Shown here one piece after another: positions 1 to 8,372 of a DNA stretch of 26,665 bases (position 1 is its first letter; every line of letters starts with the position of its first letter). The DNA is taken from NCBI GenBank assembly GCA_043813365.1, contig JBDRLB010000053.1, positions 1-26,665 of the forward strand. The letters run 5' to 3'. A program made the translations under genes and the position numbers. The notes under the pieces are model-generated. The model searched no databases and had not been told where the DNA came from. It saw only the letters and a program-made list of their open reading frames with translations. Origin of the DNA: Candidatus Micrarchaeota archaeon. GTDB taxonomy: Archaea > Micrarchaeota > Micrarchaeia > Norongarragalinales > SBBD01.

Positions 1-732
1 TACCAGGCATTCCGTTTCCTCCTCTCCTTCCTCGGGAATGCGGTTTTAGCGCTTATTTGCATGCTCGCTTCAATTCTCCTCATCAGCCCGATTGACGCAG
101 AAAGCGTTCTCCTAGCAGCGCTCATCTCAGCCATTTCATTCTTCTCCCTCCGCTTCCTCTCCTCCTACCGCACGTATTCGCTTTCCAATGCAAAGGAAAG
201 GCCCGCCATGCTCATACAAATTTCCGCAATTTCTCTTTTCATACTCGTTGCAACCGCAGCATCCGCCATGCTTTCAATGAATACGCACAAATTTTCCACA
301 ACTAAAACTGCCGGGTATGATTTCCCGCTTGAAACCGCTCCGCCCTCCCAATCGCCTTTGGATTCGATGCTTGACAAGGCAATTGGAGCTGCGCCTGTAC
401 AATCCGAAATGAAGCAAACCATTGGCGGAACTTCCCCATCTGCAACTCCCCAGCCGTTGCCCAATGAGCTGGAAACGCGCATCTGGTTCCTCCCTAAAAA
501 CAGCAAGCCCTGCATCATCCTCGGCACTGAATACGTCCAGACCTTCTTCCCGACTTTCTCGTGCTATGTGGAATCTCCCGAAGGAAGGAAGCGCATTTTC
601 TGCCCGGTTTACATCTCATACGACCAATTCCCCAACAAAGGGGAAATAGAGCTGCTTGGCACGGGCTCATGCGAGGGCAAAGCAGCGGCAACAGTCGCTC
701 AAGGAGGCTTTTCGGACATCACGAGGGAATAG
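1..732 (+). CDS. Hypothetical multi-pass membrane protein, 5'-truncated by the window edge; C-terminal extracytoplasmic domain with four Cys
   Basis: Frame of ORF 61..732 is open back to position 1 (YQAFRFLLSFLGNAVLALIC-M). Several hydrophobic segments, then a Pro/Ser/Thr linker and a Cys-containing domain. Confidence 0.65.
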   Translation, partial: YQAFRFLLSFLGNAVLALICMLASILLISPIDAESVLLAALISAISFFSLRFLSSYRTYSLSNAKERPAMLIQISAISLFILVATAASAMLSMNTHKFSTTKTAGYDFPLETAPPSQSPLDSMLDKAIGAAPVQSEMKQTIGGTSPSATPQPLPNELETRIWFLPKNSKPCIILGTEYVQTFFPTFSCYVESPEGRKRIFCPVYISYDQFPNKGEIELLGTGSCEGKAAATVAQGGFSDITRE

Positions 733-742
733 GTTTTGCCAT

Positions 743-2128
743 ATGGATTTAAGCATCATTTCAAGTGACCTTGCTGTCGCAGTCTCCGCCAACCCCCGAT
801 TTTCAAGCTGCCTCGTTCTTTACAGGAATGCGAATTCCGACCTCCTTTCAATTTGCAAGGAAAGCTCGGCTGATTTTTTCAGCCGCATTTTCTCTTCCGA
901 GGGCCCATTCTGGAAAATCTACTCCGAAACCGGCACCGGCCATTTCCCCAGCAGCTCCGAATACCTCTCCTTCATCGCAGGAAGGATGTATTTCTGCATG
1001 AACATGGAAAAGAAATGCCTCTCCTTGGGGGGCGGGAAGGAGCTCTCATTCGAAAACGGCCGCATTTCTGAAAAAAACCCTCCCGCTGCTGAAAATCTGC
1101 TCCTGAAAATAACCTCCCCAATCAACATCCTCTCCGATTCCCTCCAGCTTTCCCTCCTTCCCCTGTTCATCCGGGAAAAATTGGGCGATTTCTCAAATTT
1201 CCGCAAAGCCGCCGTTCAATTCCACCATGAGCACTCCGGTGCGATCACTGATTATGCGGGCACTGCGGCAAAAGCAATGGATGGCGCTGTTGCCTCCATG
1301 GAATACTCCTTCGCGTCCTCGCTGGCAGCTTCGTTCAAGGTGCGCATGCCTGATTCAGACGCCTGGAAATCATGCGAGGCGGAGCAGCTTTCCGGCATGC
1401 TTTCCGAGGGGCTGGAGGATGAGGCGGCATCGCAATTCGGCTTCTACTCCCCCGAACCGTATGATCTAAGTGCAGTCCGTTTCCACGAGAACCCCAAATC
1501 CATCCTTCCTCCCCCGTTCCCCAGGGACCCCTACGCCAGATGGCGCGAGAACTCCAAATTCCTGTGCATGCGCTATTTGGGAATACTGCGCGGTGCCTAT
1601 CTGGGGGCAGCTGGCGCAGCAGGGATGGGAAATGAAATTTTCCATCTGCGGCTTCCTGAGCTTCCCCTAGCAATTGAAGACCCTTCCAAAATGAAATCAC
1701 TTGCAAAAGAAAGGCTTCTGCAGTACGAAAAAAACTCCCTTCTTCAGCTTCCCAATACGCTCATTCATTTCGCCGGAAAATGGCAGGAAGAAATTGCACC
1801 TCCAGAATTATCCGGCACGCCTGCAGGCGCCGCCCTTGATGCCGAAGCAGAAGTTGTTTTCATCAACACGCAAAAGTACTACCCCAAAAAAACAGCAGGC
1901 AAAATCATCCTCTCACGGACCTTCTCCCCAAGCCTCGCGTCCCTTCTTCCCAACTCGAAGGGCATCATCTCCGAAACCGGCGGGGTGCTTAGCCATACCG
2001 CAATAATTGCCCGCGAGCTTTCCCTTCCGTGCATCGTGCAGCTCCGGGGCAGCCAATTGCTGAAGGAGGGCATGAGAGTGAAAATTGATGGAAAAACCGG
2101 CAAAATCTTCATCATTGCTCAAAAATGA
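743..2128 (+). CDS. PEP-utilising enzyme mobile (phospho-His swivel) domain protein, rifampin-phosphotransferase-like middle region, no ATP-grasp domain
   Basis: C-terminal GIISETGGVLSHTAIIARELSLPCIV...VKIDGKTGKI is the swivel signature with the phospho-His. AGRMYF and FGFYSPEPYDLSAVRFHENP resemble RPH-type middle-domain motifs. Start moved to ATG 743 to avoid overlap with the upstream gene. Confidence 0.8.
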   Translation: MDLSIISSDLAVAVSANPRFSSCLVLYRNANSDLLSICKESSADFFSRIFSSEGPFWKIYSETGTGHFPSSSEYLSFIAGRMYFCMNMEKKCLSLGGGKELSFENGRISEKNPPAAENLLLKITSPINILSDSLQLSLLPLFIREKLGDFSNFRKAAVQFHHEHSGAITDYAGTAAKAMDGAVASMEYSFASSLAASFKVRMPDSDAWKSCEAEQLSGMLSEGLEDEAASQFGFYSPEPYDLSAVRFHENPKSILPPPFPRDPYARWRENSKFLCMRYLGILRGAYLGAAGAAGMGNEIFHLRLPELPLAIEDPSKMKSLAKERLLQYEKNSLLQLPNTLIHFAGKWQEEIAPPELSGTPAGAALDAEAEVVFINTQKYYPKKTAGKIILSRTFSPSLASLLPNSKGIISETGGVLSHTAIIARELSLPCIVQLRGSQLLKEGMRVKIDGKTGKIFIIAQK

Positions 2129-2172
2129 CGCTTAAGCAAAAAATTAATATTCCTGAACACGCTGATCCCTAT

Positions 2173-2265
2173 ATGGACCTGGACAAGCTGGATAAGATTT
2201 TCTGGATTGCATTCATCACTGCAATAATCGTCATCTACCTCTGGCTCCGATCCATTTTCGGCTGA
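2173..2265 (+). CDS. 30-aa single-pass membrane peptide (MDLDKLDKIFWIAFITAIIVIYLWLRSIFG)
   Basis: Translated by hand, below the ORF-track cutoff. One clean TM helix; fills the intergenic gap; ATTAATAT at 2143-2150 preceded by a purine run. Confidence 0.6.
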   Translation: MDLDKLDKIFWIAFITAIIVIYLWLRSIFG

Positions 2266-2333
2266 TTAGGCTTTCACTTAAGCATTCCAAAATCGATATA
2301 TTAAGCAGATAATCAATATTTTCAGTGATCCTT

Positions 2334-2999
2334 ATGGAACTCAAGATTGAAAGGAAGAAGAAAATAAGCATGAGGAACATAGCGGTACTCTTTATGCTGC
2401 TGATAGCCGTCTGCTTATTGTTTTACAACAACGTTTTAACGTTCACAAGCGTCCTTTCCACTCAGCAAGGGGAATTCGAGCCCACTCCGGGCCCGCCGCT
2501 GCTCAGTTCGGGAACAGGTGACCAGCAGGATGAAAAAGCAGCCATACAAGAGGATGCGGATGTTCTCCGCTCAACCGCGCCTGAAATCGCCCCTCTTGGA
2601 GCTCCAGCAGCAGCCAAGGCATTCAAAACCGAAACAGTGCAGGAAAAAGGGGTGTTGCAAGATCCCGCAATCTACTACGGTGCGATAGCGCTGCTCGGCC
2701 TGATGCTCGTAACCAACATTTTTAAAGTGTCCTTCCAGTCCTCGGCTGTTTTCGATTCCGACATTTTCAAGACGCTCTCATCCGAAACGCGCGTTGAGAT
2801 GCTCTACTCCTTGCAGCAAAGGAGGAAAACCCTTTCCGAATTAGCTGCAGGTTCCAACATTTCCCTTCCCGGAGCAAAGCAGCACCTCGAACTGCTGGAA
2901 TCCAAGGGTTTGGTGAAGAAGATGGACGAGGGCCGCAAGTGGAAGTACTACGAGCTCACCTCGCAGGGAAGGTCAATAATCGCCGAAAGGTTTGCCTAA
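2334..2999 (+). CDS. Membrane-tethered ArsR/SmtB-type winged-helix transcription regulator (two N-terminal TM helices, C-terminal wHTH)
   Basis: DIFKTLSSETRVEMLYSLQQRRKTLSELA...KQHLELLESKGLV...KWKYYELTSQG is ArsR-like. TM segments IAVLFMLLIAVCLLFY and IYYGAIALLGLMLVTNIF. GTGAT at 2325 read as RBS for ATG 2334 (GTG 2325 is the alternative start). Confidence 0.8.
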   Translation: MELKIERKKKISMRNIAVLFMLLIAVCLLFYNNVLTFTSVLSTQQGEFEPTPGPPLLSSGTGDQQDEKAAIQEDADVLRSTAPEIAPLGAPAAAKAFKTETVQEKGVLQDPAIYYGAIALLGLMLVTNIFKVSFQSSAVFDSDIFKTLSSETRVEMLYSLQQRRKTLSELAAGSNISLPGAKQHLELLESKGLVKKMDEGRKWKYYELTSQGRSIIAERFA

Positions 3000-3047
3000 A
3001 ACGTAGATGATGGATTGCCTGCTCTCAATTAGTCTTATCCCCTTTAT

Positions 3048-3299
3048 TTATGGTGATAAAGCAAGCGGCAGCGTGAACTCCAAATAGAACTCAATAGCCG
3101 TCACCGCTATGAGTACCGCAATGAAAGTCACGAAAAGCATAATAAGCACTTTGGGCGTCTTCTCGTATTTCCTCTCGATGTAATCGTAAAGGAAGGTCAT
3201 CAGGAAAACCAGCGGGAAAATCACGAAGGTCACGATTAGGGACAGCAGGAATATCAGCCACAGCTGCGTAAGCACGAATGAAAGGGTGAAAGTAACCAT
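3048..3299 (-). CDS. Small two-TM hypothetical membrane protein (83 aa)
   Basis: Two long hydrophobic segments separated by a charged loop (YDYIERKYEKTPK); fills the gap between regulator and rhomboid. Confidence 0.7.
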   Translation of the reverse strand: MVTFTLSFVLTQLWLIFLLSLIVTFVIFPLVFLMTFLYDYIERKYEKTPKVLIMLFVTFIAVLIAVTAIEFYLEFTLPLALSP

Positions 3300-3386
3300 A
3301 CCAAATGGTTAGGTTTAGCTGGATTAAAACCTTTCGATTCCGTTTATAAATTCTGGCTGCATAACCGCCTAACAAGGTGCAATCAA

Positions 3387-3968
3387 ATGCGGATGATGAC
3401 CCATTACCTATTAGGAGCGACCATTCTCGTATTCATACTGCAAGTCTTATTCGGGGCGCCATTCAATTCGTTCTTCTCCCTCACGCCCTCCCTGCTTTTG
3501 CAGCAGCCCTGGACCCTTGTCACTTCCATGTTCTTACATGGCAGCGTGCTGCACATCTTCTTCAACATGTTCGGTTTGCTCATGTTCGGCCCCTTCCTCG
3601 AATCGAAGATCGGAAGGAACAATTTCCTGCTTGTATATTTCGCATCCGGCATTTTGGGCAGCATCGGCTTTGCAATTACATCCGGCTTCGGAAACATTCC
3701 GGTTGTTGGAGCATCAGGCGCGATTTACGGAATACTTGGCTGCCTCGCTTTGCTCCAGCCGAACCTCACCGTGCTCGTATTCTTCTTCCCGATGCCCATC
3801 TACATGGCCGCGATTTTCTGGTTCTTCATCGAGTTCTCCAATGGAATTGGCGATCTTCAGCCCGGCATTGCCAATTTCGCGCACGTCTTCGGCTTGGTGG
3901 GAGGCCTCCTTGCCGGCTATTACCTCAAGAAGAAAATCATCCGGAAGGGCCACTGGCTGCATGAATGA
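3387..3968 (+). CDS. Rhomboid-family intramembrane serine protease
   Basis: PWTLVTSMFLHGSVLHIFFNM, catalytic GASG, and AHVFGLVGG (catalytic His); six TM segments; TTTATAAA upstream near 3343. Confidence 0.95.
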   Translation: MRMMTHYLLGATILVFILQVLFGAPFNSFFSLTPSLLLQQPWTLVTSMFLHGSVLHIFFNMFGLLMFGPFLESKIGRNNFLLVYFASGILGSIGFAITSGFGNIPVVGASGAIYGILGCLALLQPNLTVLVFFFPMPIYMAAIFWFFIEFSNGIGDLQPGIANFAHVFGLVGGLLAGYYLKKKIIRKGHWLHE

Positions 3969-4028
3969 TTCTCCCTCAAGCAAAAGGTATTAATCCGTTC
4001 CCTGAGTTCTTGCTTTGCGTGAGTGATT

Positions 4029-5393
4029 ATGAGCATCTTCAAGGGCTACGACATCCGGGGCATTTACAAGGAGACAATTGATGAGAAAGTCGCATCCGAA
4101 ATGGGAAAGGCATTCGCAGCTTTCCTTTCAAAACGCGAATTGCCGAACAAAACCATTTACTTGGCAAGGGACAACCGCCCCTCCTCTTTAAGTTTGCGCA
4201 ACTCTTTCTGCGATTCCCTCCTTTTTGCAGGTTACGATGTGATCGACATAGGCATTGCCGCCACTCCTGTTCTGCAATTCGCAATTTCCGCAAACAAGGC
4301 TGCCGGAGCATGCATGATCACCGCCTCCCACAACCCTCCGCAGTACAACGGCTTCGAGATGTACCTAAAAAACCTTCCTTTAATGAGCGCCCAAATGCAG
4401 GAAATGGAAAAAATCTACAACTCCCGCAAATTCATCCGCTCCGAAAAGCAGGGCCACGAGCTGAAAAAGCCCATTGACGGCGAATACATTGCCGATTTGC
4501 AAAAACGCATCCACTTGAAACGGAAGCTCCGGGTTGTGATTGATTCCGGCAACGGCACCTGCGGCCCTATTGCCCACGAGCTTCTGAAGTGCATGGGCTG
4601 TGAAGTAGTTTCCCTATTTGAGGATATGGAAAGCGCGTTCCTCAACCACATAGCAGATCCCCACAACCCTTCCAATTTGAAATGGCTTTCTGAAGCGGTA
4701 ATCGAGCAGCAGGCGCATCTCGGCATTGCTTTCGATGGCGATGGCGACCGTGCAGGTTTCGTTGATGAGAAGGGGAAAATAATCCGCGAGGACGACGTCT
4801 GCATCCTCTTCCTTCGACATGAGCTCGAAAAAAGAAAGGGCGCTATTGTTTATGATCTCAGGCTCTCCAACGCCGTTCCAGAAGAGGCAAAAAAACTGAA
4901 AGGGAAGCCGATAATAAGCAAAGCAGGCCGCATAGCAATCCGTGACAACCTCATTTCCAATAAGGCACTATTCGGAGGGGAGGTTTCCGGCCACTATTTC
5001 TTTGCAGATCATTTCGGATTCGATGACGGCATTTACGCCGGAACAAAAATGATCGAAATCGCAAGCGGAATGCGCGAAAAGCTTTCAGATGCTGTCAAAA
5101 AGATGCCCCACTACCCCTCCACTCCCGAACTGCGGCTCCATTGCGACAATGAGAAAAAGCACGCCCTCGTGCAAAAAATTACCGCTCTCCTCAGGAAGAA
5201 ATACGGAAAAAAGGTTCTCACAATAGATGGCGTCTACCTGAAACTGGAGAATGCATGGGGCTTGCTGCGGGTTTCCAACACGGAACCTGCAATAACACTG
5301 CGCTTCGAAGGAAGCACCTGCAAGCATTTGAAGGAAGTTTACGCAATTTTCTCCAAACTGCTCAAGGACGAGGGCATAAAGCTTCCTGCTTAG
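4029..5393 (+). CDS. Phosphomannomutase/phosphoglucomutase (alpha-D-phosphohexomutase)
   Basis: SIFKGYDIRG, TASHNP (phospho-Ser), FDGDGDR (metal loop), GEVSGH (sugar loop), LRVSNTEP (phosphate site). Confidence 0.95.
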   Translation: MSIFKGYDIRGIYKETIDEKVASEMGKAFAAFLSKRELPNKTIYLARDNRPSSLSLRNSFCDSLLFAGYDVIDIGIAATPVLQFAISANKAAGACMITASHNPPQYNGFEMYLKNLPLMSAQMQEMEKIYNSRKFIRSEKQGHELKKPIDGEYIADLQKRIHLKRKLRVVIDSGNGTCGPIAHELLKCMGCEVVSLFEDMESAFLNHIADPHNPSNLKWLSEAVIEQQAHLGIAFDGDGDRAGFVDEKGKIIREDDVCILFLRHELEKRKGAIVYDLRLSNAVPEEAKKLKGKPIISKAGRIAIRDNLISNKALFGGEVSGHYFFADHFGFDDGIYAGTKMIEIASGMREKLSDAVKKMPHYPSTPELRLHCDNEKKHALVQKITALLRKKYGKKVLTIDGVYLKLENAWGLLRVSNTEPAITLRFEGSTCKHLKEVYAIFSKLLKDEGIKLPA

Positions 5394-5403
5394 AAGTGAT
5401 TCC

Positions 5404-6054
5404 ATGATCAAAATCAAGGGGTTGAAGGACCTTTTCGAGCTCGGGACGATGATTTCCTCCGTTGCAATATTCTTCCTGATGCTCGCTACGACTTTCTTCA
5501 ATTCCAGCTTCCCCTTCTTCATGAAAGCTGATTCTGAAATGCTGTGGGCATCCACCATCATGTACCTTTTTGTTGTCATGTGGGCTCCCAATCGCACTGT
5601 CAGGACAACAACCGGCCAGGCGAGGCTTAACATCATCCCATTCCTCATAGTGTTCATTTTCTTCCCCCTCTGGTACTACTTCCTCGTTGGCGAGCAGGTT
5701 TATGCAAAGATATTCGTGCTGCTGCCCATCCTCCTCATGGGCCTTAAGGTAATTTACATCAATTTGAAGGAGAAGATCACCAAAGCAGAGGTAGAGGCGC
5801 AGAAACCCTACTGGTTCGCGAAGGGGTTCGGCCTTCTCGCATGGCTGGCTTGCCTTGCAATCTGGGCATTAATTGAAACGATGGGCTACTCCCTTTTGAA
5901 GGAAAGCGGGCTCCTCCAAATGGCATTCAGTCTGCTCCTTTCCTTCTGGTACCTTGCGCTTGCCTACCAATCCTACATGATGCTTTCCCCAGCCGGAGGA
6001 AAAATCACATTGGATGAAATGATGGACGAGCGCCCCAAATTGGGCAGCGATTAG
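5404..6054 (+). CDS. Hypothetical polytopic membrane protein (~6 TM)
   Basis: 216-aa ORF 10 nt after PMM/PGM with GTGAT RBS; multiple hydrophobic helices. Confidence 0.7.
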   Translation: MIKIKGLKDLFELGTMISSVAIFFLMLATTFFNSSFPFFMKADSEMLWASTIMYLFVVMWAPNRTVRTTTGQARLNIIPFLIVFIFFPLWYYFLVGEQVYAKIFVLLPILLMGLKVIYINLKEKITKAEVEAQKPYWFAKGFGLLAWLACLAIWALIETMGYSLLKESGLLQMAFSLLLSFWYLALAYQSYMMLSPAGGKITLDEMMDERPKLGSD

Positions 6055-6072
6055 AAAACAATCGGATATTGC

Positions 6073-7530
6073 CTACTTCCCCACTTTCCTTACAATTCCT
6101 TTTATCGCGTCAACTTCCACCAAATCGCCGTCATGAAAAACTTTGGTCGCGATTTTCGTCCCTACAATGCACGGGATGCCGAATTCCCTGCTAACAATTG
6201 CCGCATGCGACAGCAGCCCTCCCTCATTTGTTACAATAGCAGCAGCCTTTTCCATTGCTGGAACAAAAGCGGGCACCGTGCTAGGCGCAACCATTACGTC
6301 CCCCTTCTTCACTTTCTCCAGCTCATTGATGCTGTTCAGCACTTTCACAGTCCCCTTTGCAATCCCCGGCGAAGCGCTAGTGCCTCTTACTTCGGTTATG
6401 TGCGAAAACACCTCCTCCACCTGCTTTTCCTTCCCGTAATATTTCCGGAGCTCCTCCCCTTCCATCAAAACGACTTTCCCATTCTCCATAAGGAGCGCGG
6501 AATTCTGGTACCTCTCCGCAATGCGCTTCCGGAATTCCTCATTGCACTTCTTCCCCTGCTTCAGCCCCTCCACGATTTCCGGGTAAATCAGCTCAATTAC
6601 CTCTTCATACGTTAGCCCCAGCCTTTTTCCTATCTCCTCCCACAAATTCATCGCAAAATGAGCAGTATACCCCCAGATTTCATCATTATAATATGAGAAC
6701 CAAATCCATTCCCTTATTGTTTTCAGCCGTATCATCTCCCCTTCCGTGAATGCCAGCTCCTTCTCCATTATTTTCTGCTCCTTCACATGCGAATTCTGCT
6801 CCTCCAGCCGCCTCGATTCGTTCTCCACTCCCTTCTCCACAAGCTGCTCGATGCGTTCCATCAGCTTTTTTGCATCATACGGTTTCCCATAGAAAACATA
6901 CCTTCCCATATGCCCGAATTTCCTTGCATGCTCCGCAATTTCCTCCTCCTTCAGCGTTTTCTCCGCATGCTTCCTCGCCAATTTTGCAATTGATTCCCTT
7001 TCCAGTTTCAGCGCATACTCCCTCTCAATTGCAAGCAGCTTCTTGATCATCCCTGCCTGCTTATGCGGGTCCTTCTCCCTTTTTTCAACGATCTGCGCCA
7101 CGGAATCCGAATAGAATTTGTTGACTAAAATGTAGCTATAAGTTGGAGCGCCGATTCCCCTGTAGCATTTTGCAAGCTCTTCAAATAGCGCAAGGATTTT
7201 AGAATTTTCCATTTCCCGCAGATCCATCCCATTGATCCTGTCAACAACTTTCCTCATTTCCGTAATCGAATCCACCGCCTTCCTCCCGATTTTCAGCATG
7301 TATTCCGGATCCTTTTCGAGGCTCTTCCGCATCCTCTCCCCGAAAGTTGCGATCTCAGCGGCATCCATCCATCTCGCGCTGTCAAACTGCCTCCATCTCG
7401 AAATTCCCATCTCCTCCCCATATAGCTCCCCGAACCCGCCTTCGGCCATTCCCCTGGCAACAAGGTCCATGCTGAGCACTGCATGGTTCCTTCCCCTCCT
7501 TGCTATTTCCTCCCACTCAATTTTTCCCAT
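6073..7530 (-). CDS. Second PEP-utilising enzyme mobile (phospho-His swivel) domain protein, helical N-terminal region, no ATP-grasp domain
   Basis: GTSASPGIAKGTVKV...KGDVMVAPSTVPAFVPAMEKAAAIVTNEGGLLSHAAIVSREFGIPCIVGTKIAT...VEVDAIKGIV; HARKFGHMG resembles the RPH-type YGHRG motif. Confidence 0.85.
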   Translation of the reverse strand: MGKIEWEEIARRGRNHAVLSMDLVARGMAEGGFGELYGEEMGISRWRQFDSARWMDAAEIATFGERMRKSLEKDPEYMLKIGRKAVDSITEMRKVVDRINGMDLREMENSKILALFEELAKCYRGIGAPTYSYILVNKFYSDSVAQIVEKREKDPHKQAGMIKKLLAIEREYALKLERESIAKLARKHAEKTLKEEEIAEHARKFGHMGRYVFYGKPYDAKKLMERIEQLVEKGVENESRRLEEQNSHVKEQKIMEKELAFTEGEMIRLKTIREWIWFSYYNDEIWGYTAHFAMNLWEEIGKRLGLTYEEVIELIYPEIVEGLKQGKKCNEEFRKRIAERYQNSALLMENGKVVLMEGEELRKYYGKEKQVEEVFSHITEVRGTSASPGIAKGTVKVLNSINELEKVKKGDVMVAPSTVPAFVPAMEKAAAIVTNEGGLLSHAAIVSREFGIPCIVGTKIATKVFHDGDLVEVDAIKGIVRKVGK

Positions 7531-7591
7531 TTCGTCCTCTCCCCCACAATCCGCCCATTGGATTTTTCCAGCATACTCCCCAATTACAGAT

Positions 7592-8296
7592 TCAATTCCC
7601 CATCAGTTCCGCTTTCAGTTTCAGCACTCCCCTTAGCATCCGTGTAGTGTCGCCGATTTTCACCTTCCCCTCCTTCTTATGGTGCCATTCTATACCAATC
7701 TCCCTGATTTTGAATCCTTTCCTTTTAGCTTTAACAATCAGCTCCACGTCCCACTCAAAATCCCGCAATTTCATGAGCGGCAACAGTTCCATCGCCGCTT
7801 CCTTCCCAATTCCCTTGAACCCGCACTGCGTATCCCTTATTCCCAAACCAAACAGCAGATTAACAAGCGTGTTGAACGAATAGCTCGCAAACCTCCTCCT
7901 CAGCGGCACCTTCCCGTAAATGTCCGAATCCGGATGCGCCCTGCTCCCAATCACCAACTCGCATTTTTCAAGCTCATGAAGCATTTTCGGTATTTCCCTA
8001 GCAGGAATTGCGCCATCCGCATCATAAGTGATGATTTCCTTCCCCCTTGCCAGTTTGAACCCCTCCATCAGTGCGCCTCCCTTCCCCAGCCTTTTTGGGA
8101 AATGCCTCAGCCTCAAAGAATGCTCCCTGCTCTCAAACTCCCTTACCTTTTGCGCCGTCCTGTCGCTCCCATCATCAACCACGAGCACCTCATACTCCCT
8201 TTTCCTGAAATGCTTGTGCAAAAAGAAGAATAGCGCCTCCAGCGTCTCCTCAATGCGGTTCTCCTCATTATGCGTTGGAATCAGCAGCGTGAACAT
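7592..8296 (-). CDS. Glycosyltransferase family 2, dolichyl-phosphate hexose synthase-like
   Basis: LLIPTHNEE, VVDDGSDRT, GKGGA, YDAD (DxD), VIGSR, DTQCGFK, WDVELI. Confidence 0.92.
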   Translation of the reverse strand: MFTLLIPTHNEENRIEETLEALFFFLHKHFRKREYEVLVVDDGSDRTAQKVREFESREHSLRLRHFPKRLGKGGALMEGFKLARGKEIITYDADGAIPAREIPKMLHELEKCELVIGSRAHPDSDIYGKVPLRRRFASYSFNTLVNLLFGLGIRDTQCGFKGIGKEAAMELLPLMKLRDFEWDVELIVKAKRKGFKIREIGIEWHHKKEGKVKIGDTTRMLRGVLKLKAELMGN

Positions 8297-8372
8297 ATCT
8301 TAAAAGGAGAAAACTCAACTATTAAAATCTCGTTGTTTTATATGCTTTCCAGAAATTGCCAGCGGTATCCTT

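Noticed and set aside
656..742. N-terminal extension of ORF 656..2128
   Set aside because: Overlaps the upstream gene by 77 nt; ATG 743 follows that stop by 10 nt.
743..7530. Naming the swivel-domain genes ppsA, ppdK or rph
   Set aside because: Neither has a recognisable ATP-grasp or pyruvate-binding domain.
7508..7574. Possible degenerate duplicate of the start of gene 6073..7530 (GKIQW versus MGKIEW)
   Set aside because: About 19 of 25 nt with a gap in purine-rich sequence; could be chance.
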